The notes below the pieces were generated by a model, which did no database searches, was not told where the DNA came from, and worked only from the letters and a program-made list of their open reading frames with translations. A DNA stretch of 64,000 bases, taken from assembly GCA_951406725.2 (NCBI GenBank), contig OX597832.1, positions 37,138,001-37,202,000 on the forward strand, read 5' to 3'. The position numbers were made by a program, and so were the translations under genes. Shown one piece after another: positions 27,570 through 40,863 of this stretch (position 1 is the stretch's first letter; each line of letters starts with the position of its first letter). Source of the DNA: Octopus vulgaris (taxonomy: Eukaryota).

Positions 27570-28195
27570 GTATGTATATATCTCCCTAGTTCTTGTTGTC
27601 TATCCTTCTATCTATTTGTTTGTCTGTCAGTTTCTCTCTCTCTCTCTATGTATATATATATATATATATATATATGTACATTGTAGATTTGTGCATGTAT
27701 ATTTATGTCTTTGTATAATTATTTGTTTAGAGATTTGTTTGTGTTGTTAATTGTTGAAATACATGACGTACGTGCAATTGATAAAACTATATATATCTGT
27801 GTATGTTCATAATTATTCATACAACAATTTAGATACATACACAGTATATATTATATTATATCCTTATGTATGAGCTAATATTTACATACACATACATACA
27901 CACACACACACACACACATACATATACATATAATTATTTATATAGCAGTTATATATATATATATTTACATTCTCATACACATACATACACAATTTTAATA
28001 TAACATTTTCTATTTTCAATACTTGACACAAAATTTCACTAAGTTATCTTCTATAAATCCATCCAAAACTCATTTTTGACTTCGATAAAATATTCTAAAC
28101 TGTGCATGACTTATAATAGTATACATATATATATATATATATATAGTGAGTTTTAAGTAAGTAATTAATGTTTTATATTTGCCATTTTGCAATTA

Positions 28196-28239
<44 letters not shown>

Positions 28240-28815
28240 AATATATGTATATAGTAAATTTTAATTGTATGATTAATATTCATAAGCACACACATACATA
28301 CATACATGTGTGTGTGTTGTCAAGCAGTATGTTCCCAATTATGGCACATAACTGCTCAGAATATATATATACACACACATATACACTCACACAGACACGT
28401 ACACACACACACATACACACAGATGATTTTATAAGTTTAATATTCAATACAATAATAATAATAATAATAATGGATGAAGATAACATACAATAATGCACTG
28501 AATTCAGGATAATATTTACACCTTCATACATTCTTTAAGCAATTTTTTTGATAAATTATACTCTAAGGGGTCTTACTTTCTCTTTTCCTTTACCTTGCCC
28601 TCTCTTGTTACCATGACAATCCATACAAACAAGATTTCTGTGTATATATCTTATATTTTCATGCACAAGGACAATTATCTTTTAATACAATATATTTTAC
28701 ATACTCATGCACACACATATAATACATATATATATATATATATTATTAGTATATGTTTATACATATTTGTATATATATATATGTATGTATATCTACTTTT
28801 ATATGTATATGTTTG

Positions 28816-28865
<50 letters not shown>

Positions 28866-28883
28866 TACATATATGTATGTGTA

Positions 28884-28914
<31 letters not shown>

Positions 28915-29110
28915 CCAGACATATATGTATATGTGTGTGTATGTATATATATATATGCTCAATTTTACACACACAGATATGTACATACATATATAAATTT
29001 ATATGCATGCATACATGTAAATATCTATATACATATTATACATATATACACACACTATACACATAATATTCTGTTCATATAATTTATATATACATTATCT
29101 TATACATACT

Positions 29111-29165
<55 letters not shown>

Positions 29166-29503
29166 TAGTATGTGTGTATATATATATATATTGCATACAT
29201 ACATGTATATATATGTATACTATATATATATATATATGTATATATATGATACTATATGTATACTATATATACACATATATATATATATGTATATATTATG
29301 TGTTCATATATATATATGTATATCATATATATATATGTATATAGATAATTATATATTTATGCACACACATACTTATAGAGTATATATTCACTGATATTTA
29401 TATACTACTTCTGTATAATTTCGTACTATATCTCTTTGTATTCGTGTTTCTGTGTGCATGTATGTACATGTTTATACTATGTATACATATATATATACAT
29501 ACA

Positions 29504-29557
<54 letters not shown>

Positions 29558-29600
29558 TATATATTTACATGTTAATTTACATGTTTCTATATACATACAT
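25700..29600. repeat. Long low-complexity (TA)n/(CA)n/(TACA)n region
   Basis: Direct reading; source of the many Y/I-repeat ORFs. Confidence 0.9.
26908..27120 (+). mobile_element. SINE family B
   Basis: GCTGGCAGAATTGTTAGCA...GAGTTCAAGTTCC...CTTTCATCCTTTCGGGGTCGATAAATTAAGTACCAG; more than 10 copies in the window. Confidence 0.75.
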
Positions 29601-30034
29601 GGAGCTTTCAAATCGTGCCCGACTTTATTTTTTCTGTGGAAACTAATACCACACAGGAGAAGTTCTTTGGATTGGAGGTGACAGCCTGTGTCCTGCTCAT
29701 GTGTGAACATTTTCATAGCAGTAGGCCGTGCCAGTTCCTGGCTGTTACACCTAAAGTACAGACATGTAGAGTGCATGCTCATTGGTTTTTCATTTTTATG
29801 TAAGATGACCAAACCATCAACCGTGTATCCTCACGATGATGGTCTTCATGAAGTCTAGATAATAGGTCTGTACTCCAGGCGTAACAGCCAGGAATTGATG
29901 TGCTCTGTCAGCAGGGAAATGTTTTTATGCATGTACAGGAAGGGTGGTGTCATCTCCCACTCAAAGGATTTTGCCCCTGCAGCATTAGTTTTGGCATGGA
30001 AACAATAAAATCAGACACTTTTTGAACACACCTG
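29598..30034. mobile_element. Tc1/mariner-derived MITE with long imperfect TIRs
   Basis: TA-CATGGAGCTTTCAAATCGTGCCCGACTTTATT ... AATAAAATCAGACACTTTTTGAACACACCTG-TA; inner arms TTCCTGGCTGTTAC / GTAACAGCCAGGAA. Confidence 0.75.
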
Positions 30035-30196
30035 TAATGTGTATCTACATGTTTACATATATTTATGAATATACACGTGCATTTATATAAATGTACATTG
30101 ATACATATATAAATAGATGTACAAGTTTATGTTTTCACATATTCACTTAGACACATACACTTACATACATACACACATATTTGCATGCATATATCC

Positions 30197-30232
<36 letters not shown>

Positions 30233-30784
30233 ATGAGTGTATGTATATATGTGTGTGTGTATATATATGTGCACACATGCATACACACACAAACATAAAC
30301 ACACATGCTGGTGTTGAAGATGGGAATATGTTTGAATTGTTCATGTGAAATAATAAATATCAGTTATACTAACTCGGTGTTATGTTGTTTTTGTCTTTTA
30401 CTGTTGATATCCTTCATTATCTTCATTTTCCAGACCTGATTAATTACTTAACGACATTTCTTTCGACTTTACATTCTGAGTTCAAATTCCACCAGGGCTG
30501 ACTTTACCTTTCATCCTTTCGGGGTCAATAAAATAAGCACCAGTTGAACACTGGGAGTCGATGTAATCGATTTACCCCCGCCCCTGAAATTTCTGGCCTT
30601 GTACCAGTATTTGGAACCAATATGTTCCATTATCTACTGCATATTACGTTGGAAAATTAGTCCTGTTGCATTTTTGTCATGATGATTTTTTTTGTATGTT
30701 TATGTTTTTAATATGTCCAGTGAATTAAGCCTTAATTCCTCATTCCAATATTCTTTGCTTTCTTTGGAGATTACTCTATAACAT

Positions 30785-31352
30785 AGGGGTTGAATTCATA
30801 TTGATTTTCCTTTTTAAAATTGAGTGTATATCAGACCCATTCCAGGCAATGCCTGTTGTATGTCAAAAGGGGTTTGCTCATCAGCAATGGGAATGGTTAA
30901 AAAAATATTTATTCTTTGGAAATGAAGTTTTAAGTGTCCAGACATGCCAGTGATGGTTTGACCAGATTTGCTGGCAGAATTTTTCTCTCACAGATTCCCC
31001 TTCATGTCGACAACTGAGTTCTGTCAATACTGAGCTTCTGAGAACTGTAGTTGAGGAATATCCAAATCAAACTGAGAATTAGGAAAACAATTCCAGTCAC
31101 ATTTTGATCATGAAACACTTTCCACAGACTAGGTAACTAAACTTGGTCATTCTCAGCTTAATCAGAGAGTTACTCCCAGATGACAGAAAACATAACAAAA
31201 TAGTAATTACATCAGAAACTGTTAGTGACAAAAATGTTTTGGTAAATTAAATTTAAATGTTGAAGTAATTACATTATTGATCAAATAAATCACTTTATGT
31301 TTAAAACCTGTGTCTTATTTTCGCTTAAAAAATTGAATGGAGCTAACCCAGT
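30785..31352 (+). mobile_element. Internally deleted mariner remnant (N-terminal HTH region)
   Basis: Degenerate FGNEVLSVQTCQ*WF..F...FSL.DSP...LRTVVEEYPNQ, resembling a mariner N-terminus. Confidence 0.5.
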
Positions 31353-31419
31353 AAGTCTTATATATAGCTGTAGTTAAGCTGAAATCTAAGGTTGGCTTTG
31401 ATCTTGGAGAGCTATGATC

Positions 31420-31562
31420 AGGAGTGGCTCTGTGGTAGGTAGCTTGCTTACCAATTGCATGGTCCCAGGTTCAGTCCCACTGTGAGGCACCTTGGGCAAG
31501 TGTCTTCTACTTTAGCTTTGGGCCAACCAAAGCCTTGTGAGTGGAAGCTGAAAGGAGCCTGT

Positions 31563-31593
<31 letters not shown>

Positions 31594-31797
31594 GTTTGTG
31601 TGTCTGTGTTTGCTCCCCCACCATCGCTTGACAACCGATGTTGGTGCGTTTATGTCTCTGTAACTTAGCGGTTTGGCAAAAGTGACTGATAGAATAAGTA
31701 CTAGGTTTACAAAGAAAATGTCCTGGGGTCAATTTGTTCGACTAAAGGTGGTGCTCCTTCATGGCCGCAGTCAAATGACTGGAACAAATAAAAGAGT
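31420..31797 (+). mobile_element. SINE family A
   Basis: Full head-microsatellite-tail copy. Confidence 0.8.
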
Positions 31798-33354
31798 AAT
31801 GATAACAACCCTGTTTTCTTATTACTTTCTTTCAGACATTATACATCTAGGAGATCATTGCCTGGCGTCTTCTCTCTTTTCTCAGATACTAGAATATTAT
31901 TTAAGGGAAATTTTGCCAATATTTCTAGCAGAGTAAGTAATCCTGAATAAAGTTGCCCTGCTGGAGCCTGTCATTGAACTCTTGATCTATGGAGAAGATT
32001 TGATGGTAGTGGTGATGGTGATGACGGTAGATGATTGTGTTGGTGATGTCTATGGTGGTGGTGGTGGTGGTGGTAATGATGATAGTGTTGATATTGGTAT
32101 TGATGGTGAAATATTGGTGTCTCAGATTTTGAGATGTACTTCTCTGGTACTTTGTTGACCTTTGGAAGGAAAACAAAAAAAAAACCAAAAAACAAAGTGA
32201 ATAGCAGCAGGATTTAAACTCAGAACAAAGATGATGAAGATATTAAAATAAAACTGGTGAAAAAAAAACAAAAAAAAACAGTAAAAAAAAAAAAAAGGAA
32301 AAAATTATAGCAGAGAGTTTAAGAGAAGCAGACTGGAGACAGAGATTAAATCTGGTGAAAAATAATTATTTCTGATAATTTTGCAGAATATGGAAATGGA
32401 AATCTATCCATGTTCAATAAACAATAAACTTGATCTTCCATATTTTATAGATTCGAGATAAATAAATAAATAAAAAATAATAATAATTGTGGAAACATGT
32501 TATCATCTGGCGATAAGGATATCGAATGAAACTGTGTCAATTTATTTCTGTAGATATCATTATCATGGATGTTACTGAACGAAAGTGTATTGATGTAATA
32601 TTAGCATCATAAAACATCCAGAGGTGGAGGAGGAGAGAGAGCAGTGGGGGGGGGAAGAGGATATAGCGAATAATACGTGGAGAGTGGGAGGGAGGTATTG
32701 AGGCCATTGGGACAAAATAATCACAACAAAATGATGATTTATATATATATATACATATATATGACATGCTTCTTTCAGTTTCCATCTACCAAATCCACTC
32801 ACAAGGCTTTGGTTGACCCGAGGCTGCAGTAGAAGACACTTGCCCAAGGTGCCACACAGTGGGACTGAACCCGGAACCATGTGGTTGGTAAGCAAGCTAC
32901 TTACCACACAGCCACTCCTACGCCTATCTTGGTTATAAACCTTTGATATGGCAACACATTTGAGGGCCACTCAAATTATACACCTTATAATGCACTAGTA
33001 TACTGATGGTACATTTTTAATATACAATGTGATGTGCCAACATCTTCAATACTTGTCTGAAATCAAATAAATGTAATATTTGCAAAAGTATTAACATATT
33101 CAGTTAAAGGAATGCTAAAAATAAATATGTGGTGAGTCAGGGAGACAAATCCACCATGTTATAAGAGATGAAGCATTAGAAAATACCCAGAAATGATTAT
33201 GTAGTGGTGAGAGAAACAATATTAATGAGTAATGAATATTGTTTATGTCTTTCAATTAATATGGGAGGCTATTATGAACAAGTTTTAGTATTATTCTGAC
33301 CCCGACAGCAGAATATAGCCTTCACTGTCCTTGTGGAAAGTAGAGATGAGAAAG

Positions 33355-33595
33355 ACACTGATGTGTTGTCTGTGGATTCTTGCACAGTAGAAAATGGAAT
33401 TACTGGTTTCACCAATATAATTTTCTTTGCAATTGGGGAAGGCTATGCTGTATATGAGATTCTGTGTCTTGCAGTTCATATCTGCATTCACTTGGAAGGG
33501 GGATCCACTTTTAAACCTTATATGGGAACCAGTGTCCAAATATTTGAAGTTGCTGTTGTTGCATGTTTATCCTACATCATCCAGCATATAAGACA
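33355..33595 (-). pseudogene. Penelope-like element GIY-YIG endonuclease fragment
   Basis: MNCKTQNLIYSIAFPNCKENYIGETSNSIFYCARIHRQHI fits the PLE C..NxIY.I.C..C...YIGET......R..HRQ pattern. Confidence 0.75.
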
Positions 33596-33781
33596 TTAAT
33601 ATCTTATATGCTGGATGATGTAGGAAAATAGAATTGTTTAGATACTAAGTAATTCAAAGACACACAAGAATCATGTGAATGGCAGCAGAGTGGTTATACA
33701 TCACATCGATTATGTATCAGTTATATATTTGATAAACGTTTTGTGTGGATGACTCTCAACAAGTACCAAAAAATGGCTTAA

Positions 33782-34002
33782 TCCTTTTGCATTTAAACTG
33801 GTCTTATATTGTCCCAAATATTCTACCTCTTTCAAGTTCAAAGTGGCCAGATCTGGCCTCTTACAGCTACCCTACAGTGTCACTCTAAAAACAAACAATT
33901 GCATCATCAAAATCTCAAAGCTACCAGATAATGCATAATTAATTAAAAACAATCTGAATAAACAAGCATTACATTTGACAGAATAGTTTGAATGTTAAAA
34001 GG
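33782..34002. mobile_element. piggyBac-type MITE (second copy)
   Basis: TTAA-flanked, homologous to 2271-2489. Confidence 0.7.
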
Positions 34003-34655
34003 TTAAGAAGGAAGTACTTCTAAAAGTATCGTTTGGATTGGTTACTCTTCGGATGTTCGAAGCCTGTTGAATTATGGTTTGAATCCTGGATACTTTGAAT
34101 GATGGCTTATACATACAAGATTGACTCTTGGATGCAAGGCTCACATTAATGAGTGGTTTGGTGGCATTCAAACCAAATTGCACTTAAATCTCCATTGATG
34201 ATGAATATTTCAATTAAAAATAAAGGGAGGTGACAGGTGGGTGGTGGTGGGAGGGGATAAATCAATTAACATATACAGAGTAACCTTGCTAGCAAATTTT
34301 GATTAATAAATTACTGGTCCTTAATGTAGTACAGGACCAAATATCTTGCAAATTTGGGACTGGAAGTGGTCTGGATTTCTAGGTTTTCCAGTTTTCTGGA
34401 AACCAGCCTAAATATATTCTTAAAATATAAGATGAACTATGTTAAAAGAAAGGAATTAAATTATATTCAGAAGCAAATTAATGCATTTCTAAAGTAGGAT
34501 CTGTTTGACATTTATTCATCTATTAAAATATCACATACTCTACTATGTACATAGTATACTATTATATAATATGTACATAGTATAATGTTTACAAGATGAA
34601 AATTAAATGAAGGAAAATAAAGAACGTGATTGTATTTAACTGATAAAGGTATAAA

Positions 34656-35048
34656 CTAGCAGTATCGCCCAGCGTTGCTCAGGTTTGTTTCGACCCTTAA
34701 AAATGGAATTTTTGAAAAGTAAAAATTTTTCATTATGTAGCTTGTTATTCTCTTTGAGTGAACATTTTTCTGGTTGAAATACACCGAAAAATGGCGACAC
34801 GGCAGTAAAAAAATCGTAAAAAATAGGGATTTTCATAGAAAAAAAGGACCTTTTTGATGTAAATAATTTTTGGTGTTAACATGGTCCGAATTGAATTTTT
34901 TCTTCTATGGAATAAAGAGCAAGCCTTCCTCTATCATACTCTCAATTTTGGTCAACTTGCGCCGTAGGGTCTCAGAGGAGATAGTGTTAGTTGAAGGCTA
35001 CCAAACCTGCCACACACACACAGACAACTTCAGCTTTATATATAGAGA
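34656..35048 (-). mobile_element. Non-autonomous Helitron
   Basis: Minus strand starts A|TCTCTATATATAAAG and ends with hairpin CCTGAGCAACGCTGGG then CTAG|T; A-T insertion site, no TSD. Confidence 0.8.
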
Positions 35049-35414
35049 TTGCTTACAACTATGAAGTAGAGTATGTTTAATCCTTAAGTATGTCCACATA
35101 AAAAGTAAACAATAAAACACTTTTTAACGCCATATGCAAATTAACTGACATAAAAAACAGGGACTGTTTATTCAATACTGGGTACAGTATATTTCTCAGG
35201 ATTCCTGGATTTCCGGTAAACGGAGAAGCAATTCGCTGCTGGATACAGAGTTTTAGCCGTCTCGGCTGATATTTCATGGGAGATAACTCTACATATTTAC
35301 AGTGATTGTCTCCCTTACGCATCTCACGCTATAGTGATATAGCTATGGATGAATAAACGTACTCGGACGCATGTACACACACACACGCGCACACACACAC
35401 ACACACGTGTATTT

Positions 35415-35930
35415 TGCGAAATTCTGGTTTAAGCAGCCCATAACTTTTATATTTTGGGGAATGTTCAGAAATTTTTTTTGTGAATTTGTGTTCTACACAC
35501 GGGATTCATACGATTATGCAACAAAAAGAGAAAATTTTTAAATTTTTATCCCCCACCCCATATATCTTAAAATTTCCATTCTATTGGAATTTATTCTTAA
35601 AATCGAAGTTTTTTTGCTTAAATCCCCGCAATGGACCACCCTTGGGTGCATCATCATTCCATTAACTGTGTTTATGGGGAGAGAAATATGGAAAAGCATT
35701 AATATATGATGTGACAAAGAAACCAAGGCTTCAGGTGGTCGTGAGATGTGTTAAAAATTAATAACTAAATCACGCTTAAATCACAAACAAAAAATTTCTT
35801 GCTTTGTTTTTGCATGAACGTCTGAATTCCTCTGTGTAGAACTTAGATTCGCAAAAATTTTCTGAAAATTCCCCAAAAATAAAAAAGTCATGTGGAGTTA
35901 TTTGGGCTTGCTTAAACCAGAATTCTGCAT
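35415..35930. mobile_element. MITE with ~120-bp imperfect TIRs
   Basis: AATTCTGGTTTAAGCAG...TTTTGGGGAATGTTCAGAAA...GTTCTACAC mirrored by GTGTAGAAC...TTTCTGAAAATTCCCCAAAA...GCTTAAACCAGAATT. Confidence 0.75.
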
Positions 35931-35942
35931 ATATATATATAC

Positions 35943-35981
<39 letters not shown>

Positions 35982-37369
35982 CATACACACACACACACAC
36001 ATGCACATATATATACATATGTATTTATACACAATCATATAAATAAAACAACTTTTATTCATGCCTTTTTTTTTGTTAATACATAATAAAATTTAATCAA
36101 GGCCTTAGGTATAATTATTGTTTTCAGCCAGATTGTTCAGTAATGCTGACACTAATTTTTACCATTTTCTTGAACTGTCAAAAATAAAGATTCCCTTCTT
36201 ACAGAACTCTATGAATTCAGCTGTTGATTTCAATGTTACGTATTGCTTTCATTTTTAACTTAAACAAATGTCATAAATTCAGTTTTGTCTCAGATGCTCA
36301 TTAGTGGAGTCTGGAATTTATCTTAACCAAAACAAAGTCTCAATATCTTGAATTTGTAGGAAAAAAACTATTGACTAATTTGGTAGAATGAACAGGGGAA
36401 TCCTATTGGTATTACTAGTCTGGAAGGATTTAGAATGTCAGAATCAGTTGAATGTCAGAAAAGATGTCATGTGGTATTTAGATGCATATTTCTTGTTCTA
36501 AGTTGAAAATGTCTCATCACCATAATAATATCAGATGGCTATGGTACTTAAATTATGATTAAGTACCACATGAGCACAGTAATTATAATGAATTATTTAA
36601 TGATTACTTAATTATATGTTATTACACAGTCACAGTAATTAAACTGTGAAACAAAATTAAAATTGTTTTTTTGTTTTTGGTTAATAAGTGTTATTTCCTA
36701 TTTGCCTCTATCTATAAATCAAAGGAAATTACTACTATTCCCTTTAAACTTTTCTTTTGTGACCTGGACATCAATGTTTTGAAACTGACCTTTTCTCCAT
36801 TACATTTCAGACAGATTCAGCAACGAGTTACTGAAGCAGAAATATCGTTACAACAAATATTCTGCTCAATACTACAAATTTGCTTGTCAGTTGCTTGACC
36901 GTAACCACCTGAGCATGTCCCTTGGTGGCTGACAATATGTGCTTCTCAGATGATGAGTAGGAGTAGTGGGTGAGCATCATGGCTATGCATTGAGGGGGAT
37001 TGTTTGGAGTTTGATATAAATTTAACAAAAGCAAAGGAAATATCACTCATTTTTCATACTTTCTAGGGATAAGTAAATTGGAAATAACAGTCGTTATCCA
37101 AGGACAAACATTATGTTACACAATATATTATATTACTGAATAATCACAATAATTTGTACAAAGTATCATATGGCTCCAGTAATTACATAATAACCAGATA
37201 TCATATGATTATAATGACCACACTAATTGTAATGAAGTGACACCAAACCATAAAATCATCATCACTTTTAATAGTTTAAAGTTAATACAATTCATCGCTA
37301 ATTAATCAGCTGTGAGATAAGGAGTGGATGGCAGGGGAGATGCAGCACTCAACCTGAGTTTTATGCTAC

Positions 37370-38120
37370 CTACACCTGCTGGGGGCACCTTGCTTTCATG
37401 TGCCCTTTTTGACCACATAAGAAACATGTTGGTGGTCTGCCTTCCACCACCACTCTTAGCTTCACATCTTCTGGTAGAATAATCTCTCCCACAATCTCGT
37501 ATAAGTCTCTGAGTCCCATTTGAATTGCCATTTCGGGGCCATACTCCTACCAATTAACCTTTTTAGCTCTTGTAATTTTCAATATTTTTGCCTTTTCTAT
37601 GATTCTGTGCATGACTGCTGCCACCAGCCATGCTTCCTTACTCTCAGTGGGTATTCTGCTGATTCTTACTCTGGCGACACATTTACCACAGTAAGTCGGC
37701 AGAAGTACCCATTCCTGTGTCCTTATCAGCACAGTGGAGTGGTTTATGGTATCCTTTTAATTGGTGAACCTAAGCTCCACTGTGTCATACTTCCTTCCTC
37801 GCGTGTAAAACATGGTTAGCCATTTTATGTCTACGAGGCATTCCTCTATTGCGGCAATCTCTATCTTTTTTGAAGAGGTAGACAATGTCCTATAGACAAC
37901 TGCTTTCTTCGCCACATTATTAATCAATTCCTCTGGTGGGGTCAGCCTCAAACTGGCTCCTTCCTTTTCTATTAAGTTACTCCCCTCCTTCCATTTTTTT
38001 GGCTCAATCTTAATCTCTCGCACTTCTAAGGTGTTGGTATTTAATCCTTTTGTTGTAGCCGATGCATAACTGGCAGCTGCTTCCTGCTCCATCTCACCTC
38101 TCTTCTCTGCTTCACCCATA
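37370..38120 (-). pseudogene. Degenerate LINE ORF1/gag-like sequence with CCHC zinc knuckle
   Basis: CFLCGQKGHMKARC (Cx2Cx4Hx4C) at ~37385-37426, preceded by broken ORFs (37547-37732, 37757-38119). Confidence 0.65.
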
Positions 38121-38319
38121 ATTGGGGAAGAAACAAATAGAAAAACAGCAACAAAAATTCCAATTCAACAAATCCAGGTTTACCCACATGGGGAGACCTT
38201 CGACCATCTATAATATCACCACTTACTTCCATGGAATTACAAGGATTTAACACACAACTCTGTAAAAATGAGAATTGACACACACACACACACACACAGT
38301 GCTTCTAGAATCTTAGTTT

Positions 38320-39365
38320 CCCCAAGATGGACAAATCTTCTTGAGGGCTGCATATTGCAAGTTATCCCAGCTCTTTGTCCTTTTTCTCTCAATGAGGTTT
38401 AATGTTCTGAGATCTGCCTTCACCATTTTGTCCAGTATCTCCCTGGGTTTCCATTTTCCACAAGTTCCATCCACATTTAGTGATCGACACTTATTTATAC
38501 AGCTGTTCTCAAACATGCACATCACATTTCCATATCAGCAGTCTTTCTTCTTGTACACTACATCCTAATCCCTCTTTTGCTCAGTTTCTCTCCCAACACA
38601 TTTGTACTTTGTTGTTCCTGCACATCCAATGGAGTATTCTAGCTTCATTTCTTTCTCATCTTCTCAACTCCTCTGCATTCAAAACTCATGTCTCACTACC
38701 AAACAGTTGCACAGTTCTAATACAAGTGTCATAAAACTTACCCTTTACTCTGAAAGAAAAAACCTTTGTTGCTAGTAGTGGCAGGAGGTACCTGAACCTT
38801 TCCCAACCTGTTCTTACCCAGGCTACTATATTTTTGGAGCAACCACCTTCCCTGTTAATTTTACTCCCAGGTAAATAAAAAAAACCCATCTGCCACTGTG
38901 AATGAGCCATCTGGGCACTTAAGAGAATCGACTTCTGGTGTGTTCATAGAACTTACTAATCCGGTGCATCAGTCACACATGAAGCCAACTTTCTCTCTTA
39001 GTCTGTGATTCCATTAAACTGCTTCTGTGTCCATAACTTATGCTGGGTCTAACATATGGAATATACATCTACTTTCCTTCACATTGAGTAGGGGTCATTT
39101 CCCTGAAGATACCAGGGTCCTATTCTCTTTTTTTTACTAAAACTTTTCTACTTGCTTAGTTATCTTGAGGCATCATGATTCTAGGTTTAGAATCAATGCC
39201 TGGAATTTCCTCTCGAATTCCCCTAAAGATACATCCATGAGAACTAGATCATCAGCATACAGAAATTCCTGTGAACACACAGTTTAAAACTCCTCTGTGA
39301 TGGCCAGTAGGACTACAATGAAAAGGCGAAGACTGAAGACTGTATCTTGGTGTACTCCTACTTTC
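38320..39365 (-). pseudogene. Degenerate RTE-like LINE reverse transcriptase
   Basis: VGVHQD.VFS..LFIVVL.AITEEF...EFLYADDLVL; RTGWERFRYLLPLL...KGKFYDTCIRTVQLFGSET. Confidence 0.8.
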
Positions 39366-39368
39366 ATA

Positions 39369-39411
<43 letters not shown>

Positions 39412-39413
<2 letters not shown>

Positions 39414-39712
39414 GAGGCACAATGGCTCAGTGGTTAGGGCAGCGGACTCGCAGTTGTAGAATCGTGGTTTCGATTCCCAGACTGGGCGTTGTGAGTGTTT
39501 ATTGAGCGCAAATGCCTAAAGCTCCACAAGACTCCGGCAGGGGGTGGTGGCAATCCCTGCTGTAATCTTTTGCCACAACTTTCTCTCACTCTTTCTTCTG
39601 TTAGCCTGTTCGCTTAGCCAGCCGGGTGGCGTCATTTGAAGGCTAAAACAACGCGAAGCGCATTGTGACCAGCGTTGTGTAGCAACATCTGATAGCCTAG
39701 TCGGTCACGGTG
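39412..39712 (+). mobile_element. tRNA-derived SINE family E, flanked by (TG)n/(TA)n
   Basis: TGGCTCAGTGGTTAGGGCAGCGGACTCGC...GGTTTCGATTCCC head (A/B boxes) followed by a non-tRNA body. Confidence 0.75.
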
Positions 39713-40347
39713 ATATATATATATGTATCTATGTATATGTATATATGTTTGTGTGTGTGTTGAAGGAAATCATGCTGAATATGTCAAAAACCCTGATAAG
39801 AAAGCTAAAATTAGTTCAGTTGTTTTCAACATGTGTTTGAAATACACACACACACACACACGTGTGCATGTGATATTTAGTCCATCAAAACAGGCCATAT
39901 ATATATATATTTATAATGTGTGCATATATTTCTGAAGTTCTAAATAAGTAAAACAACTATCTACCTTCAGGTGTAACTAATCTAGGTGCTTTATTATCTA
40001 TTATTTATTTCCTTCTTTCAGTTACTCCATTAATACCCAAACACACTTTATTATACAACACTAAATACTCAACTGGTACTTATTTTATCGACCCCGAAAG
40101 GATATAAAGCAAAGTTGATTTCGGGGAATTTGAACTCAGGAAGTAAAGATGGGTGAAATGCCACTAAATATTTTGCCTGGCGTGCCAACGATTCTGCCTG
40201 AAAACGCACATACCGTCCTTATAACCCATCAAGTTGTTAATTAGCAAACAAATTAATGCAATCATAATGAAGTTAATTCCAATCAAAACTAATAACTATT
40301 ACAGGGATTCACGAATGATGCTAGTGTTATTTTCTTTTCTTTTGAAA

Positions 40348-40577
40348 GCGGCGAGCTGGCAGAAACGTTAGCATGCCAGGCGAAATGCTTTGTGGTATTT
40401 CATCCGCCGCCGCATTCTGAGTTCAAATTCTACTGAGGTCAACTTTACCTTTCATCCTTTCGGGGTCGATAAATTAAGTACCAGTTACGCACTGGGGTCG
40501 ATGTAATCGACTTAATCCCTTTGTCTGTACTTGTTTGTCCCCTCTACGTTTAGCCCCTTGTGGGCAATAAAGAAATA
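40348..40577 (+). mobile_element. SINE family B
   Basis: GCGGCGAGCTGGCAGAAACGTTAGC...AAAGAAATA; an inverted partial copy lies at ~40060-40200. Confidence 0.8.
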
Positions 40578-40708
40578 GTTATTTTCTTTTGTTTTTATAT
40601 AATAATCTGCAAATACATGTACAACTGTAAATGAATAAATCAAAGTAAAAATAAAGAATATAAATGAAATATATGGATCTTTTCTTCCTGAGTTCCTTAT
40701 AAAAGGGG

Positions 40709-40714
40709 TTTATT
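40709..40714 (-). promoter_or_regulatory. Candidate polyadenylation signal of the phosphatase gene
   Basis: AATAAA on minus about 150 nt downstream of the stop codon. Confidence 0.4.
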
Positions 40715-40863
40715 AAAAAAGGTCCTGTATAGAAATAAACTTCCGAGTAAATTTAACACACACACACTTGAGGTCTTCGAAGACAGCCCAAGTAATTTCG
40801 TTTATGGCAAGACAACACAAGAAGTTCTACTTCAAAAATAGTTAAATAAACGATAAACAGATA

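Noticed and set aside
39412-39490. tRNA-like sequence with A/B boxes
   Set aside because: No proper acceptor stem or Pol III terminator; it continues into a SINE body.
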